64,000 nucleotides of DNA, from contig CM022665.1 in assembly GCA_012295275.1 (NCBI GenBank), forward strand, positions 36,890,001 to 36,954,000, written 5' to 3'. How positions within the stretch are numbered: position 1 is the stretch's first letter; each line of letters begins with the position of its first letter. The DNA is from Chrysomallon squamiferum (lineage: Eukaryota; Animalia; Mollusca). The position numbers and the translations under genes are program-made. Below are positions 49,101 to 63,018 of this stretch, piece by piece. The notes under the pieces are model-generated. The model had not been told where the DNA came from and made no database searches. It was given only the letters and a program-made list of their open reading frames with translations.

Positions 49101-52100
49101 CATATTTCACATGGAGTGTATATTATGGAAATGACCGGGTAAGAAAATAAGTGGTATATAACAAATTTGTGTAATCTGAGCCAGACAAATGTTTTCTGTT
49201 TGAGGATTCTAAATAGATACCATGTTATGATATTAAAGGCATGTTCAAGCTTGATTACATGTTCTAAACTGATATTTTTTATTCTCCTGTTAACAATCGG
49301 TCACCACTGAACAAAGGTTACTCAAAATATAGTGAGACTCTCACTATTTTGTGCTCTTTAGAACATTTATGTTGTGAGAATACCTTCCTGTGAATACCGT
49401 TTACACCACACTTTGACACAAATTTGCTATTAATTTGGAAAATATACTGATTATGTATTCTAAATACATGTTTTTTTTTATGTTCAAAAAGAATAGTTTG
49501 AAGATAAAAATATCAATTAAAATTAATGTTTCTTTGAAAAACAAACAAAATAATTTGAAAGATTAAACAACACCAAAAACTTTTTATAATTCTTGTGCTT
49601 ATTTTAATTCCATCAGTGTTCAGAAGTTTACTGATCTTTTTTATTTTGGATTATTGATTTTCAGCTTAGTATTCTTCTGCTTTGCATTCTCTAGGTTTGG
49701 TATAAAATTGGCATTAACACTAGTTTTACAAATCTGTATGTTATGTGTTGATTCGTCATGTCTTGATTACAGGTTTGAACCGCTACAAGAAGAGACATTA
49801 CCACAACACTGTTAATCTTCTCACTGGACAGACAGATGCTCATCCAGATCTTATTAAAGTTTGTCTTTTTCATTCACTATTCTTTACATAAATTGGTAGG
49901 CCACATGAGATTTTGTTTAAAAATAATAATTTTAAAAAAACAACAACCCTACAAAACAGACAGACAAACCAAAAAACAAGTGAGTGAGTGAGAGTTAATA
50001 GTAAATCAATTGTCAGTTTGTTTAATAAAGAAATTTAAACAAGATTATTTAAAATAATGTTAATTTTCCAGGGCATTATGTATAGATATATACAGTGTAA
50101 ATTAAAATATTAGTAATTCATTTTTTGGATATAACATTGTATTTTATACTTGTTATAATTTTTAGATTCTTCTTTTGTTAAAGTATTTTGTTTGTTTTTC
50201 TTTACAGAATACATAATAAAATCAGCTTCTTTTAATAATAAAATACATAATTTCATTAATAAAAGAAGTGATTATTATGCATTTAAAAATTAATCTTCTA
50301 TGTTTTCTCTATAGAAAAATAGTTCATCATCGTATGAGATTCTTTCTCACTGGCATCCCAATCTAACAGTGAATCTGTTGGATGATCATTCACCGTGGAT
50401 ACAAGGAAGCATTCCTCAGCCATTAGATGAATGTATGTTGAAGATATTATTAAGTGTTACACATATCAGTTGTTTGCCTGTATATTTCATGGACTGTTTT
50501 GTATATCAGTCTTAATATTAAACTAATTTAGGTGACAGGCATTATGAAACATTTGAAATTTACATTTTAATGTAAGTTGACAGTCCAAATTCCAAAATAA
50601 GAAAATAGTTGGGGGGGTTTTGTGTTTTTTTTCACTCTTTATTTCACATACCTTTCTATCGATGTTCCAAGGTTTTTTAAAATCATTTTCTTACAACTAA
50701 TTATAACCATTCTGTTGAATACGTACCTTAATTTTTTTAATATTTCAGTTAACAATTTTGCACAAAATTTATATGCTGTAATTTTGTCTTTTTAAGTCAT
50801 TTTCAGAATAATTTATAAATGTGACTATTTAATATTTGTTCTGTCATTTCTTTTTTGTATGTGTTTCAGACATAGAGTTTTTACCAGGATTAAACAAGTA
50901 CTATCCAGTAATTTTCTTCAATGACTACTGGAATCTTAACACTGAATTTACTCCAGTTAACGAGACAACTAAGTAAGTAGTACAAATGTCTGAAGCTTGA
51001 AAGTTTAACCCTTTTAAACTGGAGTCTGTGATAGTTACCATATTTTCATATTTTCTGCTTTACCAAGATTGTTTGTGCTTTCTGAACTGGGGGAAGTTGA
51101 TGATAACTATAGTATTGGTTTCTAAATTCAGATAATTATTTCCTTCGTTATCAGTTACATGTAGGTTTAAACAGTTTATTGTTTGTAAGTATTTGTAGAC
51201 AGAGATATTTTAAACTATTAAAATTGTAACAAATCTTTGTTATATAGTTCCAAGATCAACTATGTTTTTGTCATTTTATTTTCACAGAAATCTAAATTTA
51301 ACTCTGACATACGCCCCCATTTCATTATTGCGATGGCAACTGTATGCTGCCCAGGGCATGCGAAATAAATGGTACAGCATCCTAGGAAATGACATGGAGG
51401 AATCAGATGATGACCAAGATGCTTTGAAGGCAAGACAAAGAATTTTACTTAAGATATAATTTATTCTTAATAGTTTATTGAACAGTAATGATATAGAAGT
51501 CAACTGTTAGTAGTTTGAACATTTCTGTTATTTGATATAAGTTTCTATGTATCATTTCTAAAGGTTAAGTAAACAAATGTTTTATGTAAAATTATTGGTA
51601 TAAATTTTATTTATTCCTCGTGCATAGTTCTCTAATAGCTTTGGTTTTATTATTGAATTATATATTGATAAATTTTATTATTTTTACAGACTGCATTTCT
51701 TGAAACCAATCCGTATCTCCTGGCACTGACCATTATTGTATCAATTGCCCATAGCATCTTTGAGTTTCTGGCTTTCAAGAATGGTATAATTTGTTGAGAA
51801 TCTTTTTTTCTGTTCAGTAATTTTTGTCATAACTTGTAAAATGAGTTAACTATATGTTTAAGTACATCTTTTTAAAATTTATCCATGACTTGATTTATTA
51901 TTTTTTTTTACACAATACTGGAATTTTAGATAAATGAAGTCTTTATGAACTTTAGTTTTTCTTTTTTTTTCTTTTTTCTTTTTTCTTTTTTTTATCTTTA
52001 AAACTTATTTACTTAGCTGATCATGAGTTTTTTTTATATTTTTCACTGCTTTATAAATATCAGAAAAAAACATTGCTGTGTTACATAACCAGTAACACTA

Positions 52101-54696
52101 AGTCTCAAATGTCACAAGAAATCATTCATACTTGGGATTTGTTTTATTGCAGATATCCAGTTCTGGAAGTCACGTAAATCTCTTGAAGGCCTTTCTGTCC
52201 GATCTATTTTCTTCAATGTCTTCCAGTCCTTGATTGTTGTGTTGTATGTACTTGACAATGAAACCAATACAGTTGTCCGAATTTCTGTCTTCATTGGACT
52301 TCTCATTGAAATATGGAAGATCAAAAAAGTTGTTAATGTCAAGGTATAATTGAAAGTGTTTGATACTTTTAGTATTACCATCAAGACCTTCATAATTTCA
52401 TATTTGAAACACTTTTTATTTGTAAACTAAAATAAATGTTATAATCCATATAAATTCACTTGGAGTTAAACTTTTAACAGAATGTATTTATTTCTTATTA
52501 AATTTAAGGAAATGTTTTATATATTTGGAAATGTACTATTTATGCCAGTCGGCTAGTTATTTACTATATTTACAAAGTTTTATTCCACAAATGCTTTTAA
52601 AAAATAATTTTTGTTAAATAATTGCACATATATTTAAGTGGACATTATCAGTTGATAATTAGTTTCATACTGTTGATCCAGTGCATCACTTGTTAAAGCA
52701 GTATAAAGTATATGTTGAAATTTGAAAACAATAATAGTTAATGAATTCTAAAAGCAGATCTTTAAATTTCAGATTGATATGGAGAACAAGTTGTTTGGTT
52801 TTTTGCCCAGGTTAAGGATGGAAGATAAATCCAGTTACACAGAATCACAAACCAAGCAATATGATCTGGTGAGTAAAATAAAATAAAATTAAATTAAATT
52901 AAAATGATTTTCATTTATAAAACCACTTAAGAATGGGAAAAAAAACAAAATATTATATTTTCTGCACCACATTTGCAACAGAGCTTCCATTTACCAAGTA
53001 AAATAAAATAGAATAAAATAATTAAAAATACCAAATTAACCAGTACAAAATGTGTTTAGTATAAAGACGTATCTCTTGCTTGAAAACGATATTTCCACCT
53101 TTGGGGTTGAAAGGTTTTAGAATCTTAATGATCAGTTGTATGTAAAAGTGTATATCTTACATGAAAAGAATTCTGTGAGATGGGTCAGAAGACTTTTAAT
53201 ATCTGCAGATCTGTTATCTGCTAAAGTACCAAAATACCATACTTATGATATTTGTTGTAATAGCATCAAACCTTTAAATAAACATTTTGGTGATTTTTTT
53301 CATTACAGCTTGCTTTCAAATATCTATCTTGGCTCCTGTTTCCCTTACTGGTTGCTTACTCAGTATATTCCTTACTGTACAATGAACACAGAGGGTGGTA
53401 CTCCTTCGTTTTAAGCATGATGTATGGATTTCTCCTTACATTCGGTAAGTAGATGAAAATCTAACAAATAGTTAATGTTTTTGTTTTGCTTTAAAATAAT
53501 ATGTTGTCAGAGCTTTTAAAACTGGCTCAAACTAATTGCAAGAATGGTGAGAAAATAATAATAATAATAATAATAGAGAGTAATTGAGTTTCCATATATA
53601 TTATTGCCTAACATGGTATTTTGAATTACACTGTTACAAGATAAATAAATTAAAAGAAAACAAAACTATGGTACAATACCTTTACCTAATAAACCATCAC
53701 ACTAATTATTCAGTTGCCTATAAAACAGTAGTAAAAATGTACAGAATGCTGAAATTAGATTTACATCTGTCATTGAAAACCAATCTTTAGAAAATAACTG
53801 TATAACACCAAATAACATTTCCTTTTATATTTTTACATGTTGATTTGTTGTGTTAAGCATTGTCATTATCTAGTTTTGTGGGTTTGTTCTAGGTTTCATT
53901 ATGATGACACCACAGTTATTCATCAACTACAAACTGAAGTCTGTGGCTCACCTGCCATGGAGAATGCTGACTTACAAAGCACTCAACACATTTATTGATG
54001 ATATATTTGCATTTGTTATAAAGATGCCAACATTATATCGTATAGGGTGTCTGAGAGATGGTAAGTTCCAGATCTAATGTTCTAACCTTTTGAAAGTTTT
54101 TGTTTTCAGGCTAGATTGTTTTGAATTCAGCACAAAGATGTGGTAATGAAAATTTTAAACTTGTATTGAAATAGAATTAAATGAGACAAAAGAGCAAATA
54201 TTTTAACAAATATTTAGTTTCTTCTTTGATTTTGTTTTGAAATAAAAATAAGAATACTGATCAAAATGGAATACACAAAATCCACTGAACTAGTATATAA
54301 GATTTTAAAATCTATGCATTTATAAAGATTTTAATCACTGTTCAACAAACCAAGAGGTTTTTTAACATTGTTTTAAATAACACTAATAATAACAATAGTT
54401 TTACTGCTGTTGTAGCAAATGCTTGTACATTTGTCAGATTTGTACTTATACTGTAATTACGCATAATCACTGACACCCATGCACAATAATTTTGTTCTTT
54501 TTCAGATGTAATATTCTTCATATATGTGTATCAACGCTACATATATCGTGTGGATCCAAAACGCGTTAATGAGTTTGGAACCAGTCAGGAGATGGTTGAA
54601 CAAAATGGGTCAGCAGGTGGAGATCACATGGCCATTACTGAAGGACCTGAGATAAACAAAGCGATCAAATCAGAACAGGAGAAGAAAGAAGACTAA
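43200..54696 (+). CDS. CLPTM1: Cleft lip and palate transmembrane protein 1 (ER membrane protein, CLPTM1 family)
   Basis: 14 exons: 43200-43301, 47382-47558, 47828-47985 (apparent 1-nt deletion near 47873), 48690-48807, 49773-49858, 50315-50432, 50870-50972, 51288-51429 (GC donor), 51690-51783, 52153-52343, 52773-52868, 53309-53444, 53893-54060, 54506-54696. Motifs: NGSLYIHVY, SHWHPNLT, YYPVIFFNDYW, LETNPYLLALT, FEFLAFKNDIQFW, PQLFINYKLKSVAHLPWRMLTYKALNTFIDD, YRVDPKRVNEFG. C-terminal KKED is a KKxx ER-retrieval signal. Confidence 0.96.
43441..44075. repeat. 164-bp tandem repeat, about 3.9 copies, in CLPTM1 intron 1
   Basis: T(C/T)GCCATAACCC recurs at 43441, 43605, 43769 and 43933 (period exactly 164). 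Inner copies are nearly identical and outer copies more diverged. Confidence 0.95.
45861..46914 (-). mobile_element. Internally deleted hAT transposon (ZNF862-like transposase remnant)
   Basis: 15-bp TIRs CAGAGTTCAAGCTAG / CAGGGTTCATGCTAG. The minus-strand remnant STVYCER(fs)GFSTQNWITSKFRT*MNNNTLKDLMKISEDKPDIACFDF (about 46440-46300) matches the hAT C-terminal dimerisation motif (S..CERGFS...R..L..LM.IS). The TSD is not clean. Confidence 0.75.
48143..48432. mobile_element. hAT (Charlie-type) MITE, 290 bp, in CLPTM1 intron 3
   Basis: TIRs CAGGGGTGCCCAATACTTT / CAGGGGTGCTCACACTTT, with a perfect 8-bp TSD TACTAGAT at 48135-48142 and 48433-48440. Confidence 0.92.
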
Positions 54697-57214
54697 ATAT
54701 TAATATATGAACCCTTAATCAGAATACACTGTAGTTTATTCAGAAACTCATTACAATAGGAAAATGTGACTTACGTTTCTTTTGTTTTTTTTGCCTCAAG
54801 AATTCATTTTGCCTCTTGTAATTTTAGTGTTTAGTTCCTTTCACCTGTTTAGTATATATTTTTATTTTTTTTTAACTATATCTGTATTTTCTTTTCCATG
54901 AAAAATCATTTGTGTCTTGTATCTTTTTGTAAATAATTTTGACTTGATGGAGTCATTAAATAGAAATCCTTATTATTTATTTAATGTTTTTGTTGTGAAA
55001 TTTTCCTTTTGTCCATAAATATATTTCTTGCAGAAAAAAATCAGAAGGTTTCAGAAGATCCTTTCTTCAGAATTACATTAAATGCTGTCACACTTTAATA
55101 CTAAATATATCTAGGATATTTAAGAAACTGTTGGTTTCAAAATTACACAGTAAGAAGTGGAATTAGCAATTTTTAACGGTTCTTTTATTTATTTATTTTT
55201 TTAAACTTTTATAAATAAATAAATAAATAAAAATAAAACTCAAAATCATTTAATAAATCATAATCAAAACTTATTTAAAATATAAAAATAAGGTTCTGGC
55301 TGTGAGAAAATTAAATTTATTGTAAAGTTTAGCACAAAACTGAATATATGTATATACATATATATGTAAGGCTTCATAAAATAAAAATAGGATCTTAGTA
55401 CTTACACAATATTCAATTTCTGAGTATCTTGAATTTTTTTAAAAAGAAACAAGAAAAAACATTGTTTTCTAGATTTTCATTGAAGTCACTGCTGGTCAGA
55501 TCTGGATAGGTTGTTCAAATCAGAAGGTGATATCTCAGTTTAAAAAAAAAGAAAAAAAATGTTTGTATTTGCTCCTCGTTTTAATTGGAAATGTGTATTT
55601 CCTTGTCAATTCATTATTCTATTACGACAAATTTCACTGTTTATGTCTATATTATATCCTTTTTACAGTCAATACTCTTTAACCTCCCAAAACAAATGTA
55701 TTACATTTGATATATAACATTTTTTGAGGGGTGTTGTGGTTTTTTTTCGTGTTTTTGTAAATTTGTGATACATGACCATGCATAATAAATATAACTGAAA
55801 ATGATTTATCATCTCCATTTACAATTTCAATTTGTCTGTATCATGATGTTTTAAACTTTAAATAGTAGAACTGAAAAGCGTAGATTTATATTGTGAAAAT
55901 ATTTTTCTTATTTGTTTTTAACAAATTCTTGGAGTGTTGAACATTCATTGTGTATTGGTTTTGGGGTTGTTTTTTTTACTTTTTTTTAAAGTAACATGCT
56001 AAATGACTGACAACTTGAAATAACTCATTTTATTACTACCCAAAGTGCAAGTCACATTTCATGTTGTGTTTTCAAATCATTTTTTTATTTCACAATGCCA
56101 AACCTTTTATGTTCTTTCATTATTTATACTTAAATAAAAATGTGGTAGAGAAAATGTTTTGCTTTTAAGAATTGGTAAATCCAGCATATTATATAGTAAT
56201 ACAGCCAATGTGTTAAATGTTAGTAAAGTACTATGTACTTCAGAAACTGATTATTGTAACAGTACTTTGTGTTGTGTGAATGTATTGACATACAGTGTTA
56301 AGAGATATGATTTCAGGGTATGTCAGTTTTGCATGTATTTCTAATTAGTTTGCCTTTTTATTTGGAAAATAAATTTGTCTATCTTAAACGTGTTGCATTT
56401 TTCATCATATGGATACAGTATTTGGGTAACTGGTTTCCGTCTCATCAAATAATAATAATAATAAAAATAAATAAATAAATACATACCATTGGTTAGAAGT
56501 GGATCTTTAACTAGATGTGTAATATTTGTGGTCATTACAGTAGGGAATTTGATTAACTGTTTCATTTTTATATATTAACACTGAATTACTGTATAGTACC
56601 TCACACTAACTCACTAATAAAGTATGATGGTAAACATAAGCAGCCTAAGGACAAGCACATGAAGTGCAAATCCCTTTTTCATATTATTTTCACCATACAA
56701 ATAAAAATATTTTCGTCGATAACAGCTGTATCCTTAGTCTAATAATGAGTCTTAATTATTGATCGGAAAGATTTAGTTAGATTCCATGTGAATGAAAAAC
56801 TTTTAAAATTAAATTTGCAAGAAGCATGTAATGCAGTTTATGATACTTTTTATTTGGTCTTCAATTTTACTCACGTTTAATTACCCCTTTTAAGTATGAA
56901 TGCAGGTACGTATAACTCAGAATGCTGAATATAATAACAAAAGAGAAACAACACAGTATGTCCAATACAAAAAAAAAAAAATCAGTTTAACAAAGAAATA
57001 ACATGAAGGTACATATGAAACCGGAATGAATAAATTATGAATGGGTGTGTTGACTTTCCATTTTTCAGTTTTGATTCCTTTTATAAATAAACATCACTGT
57101 CTGTCATTGTTTGAGGTCAGATAATATACATAATTTATTACTGGTCAAAGTATGTGTACAGTAACACACTAGAAACGCCTCCAACTTAATTATTTATGCT
57201 ATCAAGCCTCAGAT

Positions 57215-57345
57215 AGAAACCAATCAATAAACTTTCTACGTTCTATTTTCATCATTTGTGACGAGAGCCTACTCGTGCTTGACGTGTTTTTCCATCTACG
57301 TTCAAAAACCAGTTCGGGATCATATCGGACTGTCCTGTATAAATA
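57215..57345 (+). promoter_or_regulatory. Candidate FEZ promoter
   Basis: CCAAT near 57220, TGACGT half-CRE at 57280, and TATAAA at 57338-57343, at the start of a CpG-rich patch. Confidence 0.45.
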
Positions 57346-57532
57346 CTAATTCATTCTTTGAATCGTTTTAATTATCTAAATGAACATTTTACCTATACGC
57401 GTTACGGACATTAGTGTTCTGGCGAAACATAGACTGTCAAAAGGATTTAATCATATCGAACGGACACTTGCTGATTACGTTCAGAGGTTAAAGTTCAACT
57501 CATTGAAGGTGAAGGACGGTAATGCAGACAGA

Positions 57533-60500
57533 ATGAGGGTTCCGAAAATGGCGGAGCTACAGTTCGAGGCTCCGCTCGCTTCCTTCGAAAACGAAGAATG
57601 GAACGAGTACAATGAATTCCAAACTGCAAAGACAACAGATGACACAAACGCAAATTCCGACAGTTTAAAAAACGTAAATAACTCGGTGCCAGTAGATAAC
57701 AATTCACATGAAAACTTCGGCGAAACCGTTTCTGGGTCTCTCGAAGATTTGGTAAATACGTTTGATGATAAAATTACCAAATGTTTTTGTACGTTCGAAG
57801 AACAAGTGGATACGAGTAAGTTCGCCCCTGTACAGATCAGGACCCAAGAGGAAGTGATCAAAGATTGCCAGTGAGTAACTTAGATATATCAGTGTGATTG
57901 GTTGATTGACCCTTTAGTCAGTAACGTGTTGATGTAACTTGAAAGGATATTGACAAAATCAGAGTCAGCGCAGAACTGACATTGACACGAAATTAACGTT
58001 AGGACTTGAATTATATCTTATGAATTAATTATTGTCGTAATTTAATGATAATACAAGTGATATTTGAAAATACTAATTAACATTTTTCTGTCTGACAAAT
58101 AAAATCAATGAAAATAGGATACTGAATCACTGATGTGTCATTTCAACAAGTTATAATTTATTAACAACTGTTGAAGTATGATTATCATATAGCCACTCCA
58201 ATTTTTCTGAATTTAAAACGCCACATTATAAATTATCAGGACATTACTAACACCCAAATTAAGATACTCATTATTAATATATTTTCGAAATTATTATTTA
58301 TGTTCGGGTCACGATTACCATTAGGAAAGATTGTATGTGTTTATTAACCACATTCTAGACTAATAACCTACAGATGTTATACATGTATATTATCAACTTT
58401 TGTGTGCCCTTCATGACATATATCAACCAAAGGTTTTAATTATAATACTGATTAATCACAGAATGTGAATTCTCTTATTGAAGTGCACATGACTCACTCA
58501 CTTTATTGATTAATTGCTACCTACAAGTTCTTTTGGTGCATAGTTCTTTTGTATTCACAGTCATCAAATGAAATAACTTCAACATTGTTTGGGATGGGCT
58601 TTTACCTGATCACCATTTTAAATACCATTTGTTTTATATTTTATTTTCCTTTTTATTTCTTTATTGCTGTTGCTGTTTTGAGGAGGATTAAATTTTATTT
58701 TTTATTTTCTATTTTTCTATTTTTATTATTATTATTTTATTAAAAATCCTTGAAGAAGTTAAATTTTGCTCCAAGAAGTTGTATATAAATATGTATGTGT
58801 ATACGTATTAAATTATTTATGAAAACAATCTTAGTAGAAGTATTTTATTGATTTTAAATGAATTCATAATAATTATGGAAAATTTTAATTTATTTATTTA
58901 TGATAACAATCTTAATACAGTTCTTTCATTCTTTTAAAATAAATTCTTAATTTATTGTACAGAGAGAAATAGAAATTTATTTTTTAATTTTATATTTTTC
59001 TTATTTTATTTGTTATTATTTTATTTGTTATTATTATTTTTTTAAATATATTTTTATTTTATTTATTTTTAAATCTATATTAGACATTTTTTAATTATTA
59101 TTATTTTTTAAAGTAGTTTTTATATTTGTTGCCTTTGAAGAATTATATGAATAAATTATAAATTTTATTATTATTATTTATTTATTTATAAATAGTAATA
59201 ATTATTAAAAAACAAAAAAACAACAAAACAAATGTACTTGTTGAGACAGTGATAAAAATTAAAAGGTTACAGTAATAATTTTAAATGTTGTATTAATATT
59301 GTCATATATAATAAAACTTGTTTTAAAAAATAATGTTTATAGATATGATGATAAAAGAAAACCGTGTTAGTTTCTGATGAAATATGTAGAGAAAGGTCAG
59401 ATGTATTTAAAGGAAATTAACAGTAATTATCTAGTTATTTTCTTTAAATGACCATATACACCCAAACCAGCTCCACCACCCATTTCCTATCTTTAAAAAA
59501 ATATAATAATAATAATTCAAATAACTGGTAACAAATTTATAAAAATGAAAGAAAAATAAGTAAAAATTAAAATTACGATATACTGAACAGAAATTATTAG
59601 AGTTAATAATGTATTGTAATTTGTAAATTAAATTGTACGAAGTGTTTTCATGTGTACAGTAAACATTAACTAAATAATTTTAAAAAAATAAAAATTTGCC
59701 AACAAATTGCAAACCGTAGTTTAGCTTGGACATTATTCTCACACAGATAGATGAGAGATATTGATTTTTCTCCTTTTAAAAAAAACAACAACTATGTAAT
59801 CATAATGCCACTAGTAGCTTGTGCTCATGCATGTCAGAAGAATCGATTAATCATCGCCATCGGTACACTGTTTTGTGACAGCTGGTTTATTATCTGTCCA
59901 GCAAATTGTCTGTGTGTTGAAATTTCCATTGTTAAAACACATTCTGGTAAATGCTGGTAATTATCTGGTCAGAAAAAGGAAAGGAAGAATCTGATTAATT
60001 TCCTGCAGTGTATTAGTAACTCTTGATGATCAACTGAAACTGGTTTAAATTACAAATCTTTTATACTCATAAAAAAAACTTGTGTGTGTGTTTGTGTGTT
60101 TGGCAAACCAATGCTAACAATAGAAATGTGTTTCTGAATTAAAATTAGAATAATAATATTTCAAATATACCCGTTTGGCACCTACAAATAATTCAGATAC
60201 ATTTGATATCCTTCCAAATGTATATGAAATGACAGTTTATTTTATTTTATTTTATTATCAGCAGCAGTAGTATTTAATTATATTCTTTTAAAGTTTTATT
60301 ATGCATTTTATTTTATTATTTTGAAATCACCATTTGATGTTTTTTGTTTTATATATAAAAAAATATATATTTATTTTTCTTCAGAATGTGGTGGACAATT
60401 ACAGGCAACTTTGGCAATATACTACCAATTGACTGGTCCAAAACATACACTAGGCAGCTTCATACAAGAGTATTAAATCTCGATGAGGAACGAGTAAGTT

Positions 60501-60946
60501 TTACATAGTACTTTTGAAATGATCTTGTGAATTGTTTAGAATTAGATATTTTATTTATTCTAAATGAACAGTTCAAATTTAACACAAGAAATAATAATAT
60601 GAATAACTGAATAAATTATAATAAAGCGGAATAATTTTCACAATAGCATATATCATTTGTTATTAATTTTTGTTTTTAAAATGTCTTGTATATTTTGCAG
60701 TAATTGTTCATTAATGCATGAACACTGAGTTTTAAAAATGTCTGTAACAGTTAAGCTGCAGTTAATTTTATTTTTATGTATTACTAGTGTGTCTGATTCT
60801 TTTAACCTTTTGCATATTTTCTGATACAAATAGGACAAGTTTTAGAAAATATTGAATTTATTTACTTTTATTATATCTGAAAATTATTATTATTATTATT
60901 ATTAACATGTCATGGTATACAGAAAATAGACATAAAACACATTCAT

Positions 60947-60983
<37 letters not shown>

Positions 60984-63018
60984 GGGTTTGTTTTTTTGGG
61001 GGGGTTTTCTTCAATAAATGTACATGCACACATTTAATTTTTATCTGTAAATTTAATAGGGTTGATCTACATGGTTAACATTTTTATTTTTAAAATCTTT
61101 ATCTGGACAGAAAAGACATACTTCCAGAAAAAAAAAAAAAAGTCCTTCTGAGTGAAGGGAAATGCTGTAAATGACATAAATTCCTTGAATTGCTGCTTTG
61201 TATGTGTAACATGGGCATATTCCCAACACTTAGCTATCTCGGTGTGGGAACCTGCCACATATAATGTAACAGGCAGCAGCCATTGTCTTGATAAAAATAA
61301 GTATCAAGTTTAGTTAGTGGTGAGTTTTTTTGGTTAAGTCAAGAGGATTTAAGGCCACCAGGTTCTGTTCTAAGTTAGAATATACATCATGCATTAAATT
61401 TGTTAATGAAGCAGACTATGAATGCGTGTTTTAATTTTTCCACTCCCAGTTTTGATTTCATTTTATCATGTAATTGTATATACAAAAAAACATTCAAGTC
61501 ATTATCATTGTTTTGGGATTTCATGCATTAAAAAGATTTAAAATTCTTCTCTTTTTTTTTCCTTCTTTTTCTTCCCGTTGGGTCCAAAGGTTTTAGTTAT
61601 ATCAGCATCTGTTCTGTGTTAAAATGTATAGCATATTTAAAAATATTTTTGTGGGGGTTTTTTTTTGCACCAAAGAGATCTTTGATTTTCTGTTGGTTGG
61701 ATCCAAAAGCTTTAGTCCTTTCTGGACACATTCTGTGTAGAAGTTTACATCATACATTAAAAGCTTTTAACCCTATTGAATATATTGATCGAATAGATTG
61801 TCAGTAGAGACAAATGGCTGAAGAACACACTCTGTAAACAAGACAGGATATATTTTATGGGTTTCAGCATTTCAGTATTGAAATAGACTGTAACATAATG
61901 ATTCTCCTCACTTTTCTGCATTTTTTAAATTTCTTCTGGGAAATAAGGTTTTACATAATTTCATCTGGGAAATAAAATTTCCAGAAATTTCTATTTGAAA
62001 TATCTATTGCCAGCTACTGTTATGTGTATAATGAATTCATAATAATTATATTAAAATATTTATAAACTGAACCGCTTAAGTCAGTCTGCTTTATAAACTG
62101 ACTTAAAAAAAAAATTTGTTGTATTTGTTTTAATGTAAAATGTGATAATTATGTAAATGATGACATATTTGTGTAGTAAATAATATACATTTTATACAGC
62201 TGTTGCTAAATAAAATATTTATGGTAAGTCTTATTGCAGAAATCATGGAGCTATGTACATAAAAAAAAAAAAAATCCAGTAAAAGCAAATAGATGCACTA
62301 GATTTGCTGGAGATATAAAAGGTTTAAATTGTGAACTCTTGTCCTTCTTAATCCCTTATCTTTATGTGTTTTGGAGTGAAATATTCGAAAGTATTCTCAA
62401 AATAACCTTGATATATTACAAGCATGCTTATTTCTTTATGTATATAAATTAATTTTTTTTTTTTTTTTTTTTTTTCCCTTCCTTCATACTGCAGATAGTC
62501 ATGTTAAAAGATTGGCTAATGTCTATCTAGGACTTCATATTTTTGTTAACTATTTTGAATTTTTGTCTGGATGTTGTTTCATCTGTGAAGCAGTATTACT
62601 GAAACAAATATACATTTTTAAGGCTACTAAAGTTAGAAAGATGAAATTAACTAATGTTTTTTGCATTTTAATCTTCTTTTTCTTCATTTTTTAAAATACC
62701 AATAAATGTATAATTACTAATAATGTACAGTAAACCTTGATACTATTTTACAGCAGCCCATAAGAATATTGTACAACAAACCATCATGATGTCACAGAGT
62801 TAGTTTCCTTGTGAAGATTTCATTATGAAAAATAACATGTTTGACACCTAACTGTATTTTAGGAACCCGATGACCTTAACCTTGACCTGTCAGATGATGA
62901 GGAACTGGCACAAGCATTTGACATGCACTCTCTAATTGTTAGCAGTCTGCAGCCTGATGAATCGGATCATATTGCCACTGCTGATGAGGTCATCAGTGAA
63001 ATAGACACAATGATGCAG
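57533..63018 (+). CDS. FEZ: Fasciculation and elongation protein zeta / UNC-76 homologue, 3'-partial
   Basis: Exons 57533-57870, 60385-60493 and 62863-63018 join in frame and the gene continues beyond the window. Motifs KMAELQFEAPLASFE, SGSLEDLVNTFDDKITKCF, APVQIRTQEE, MWWTITGNFGNILPIDWSKTYTR, DMHSLI, TADEVISEIDTMMQ are typical of UNC-76/FEZ1/2. Confidence 0.93.

Noticed and set aside
62077-62107. Small inverted repeat TTAAGTCAGT...ACTGACTTAA
   Set aside because: A 10-bp stem that is probably a local duplication or repair scar, with no further support.
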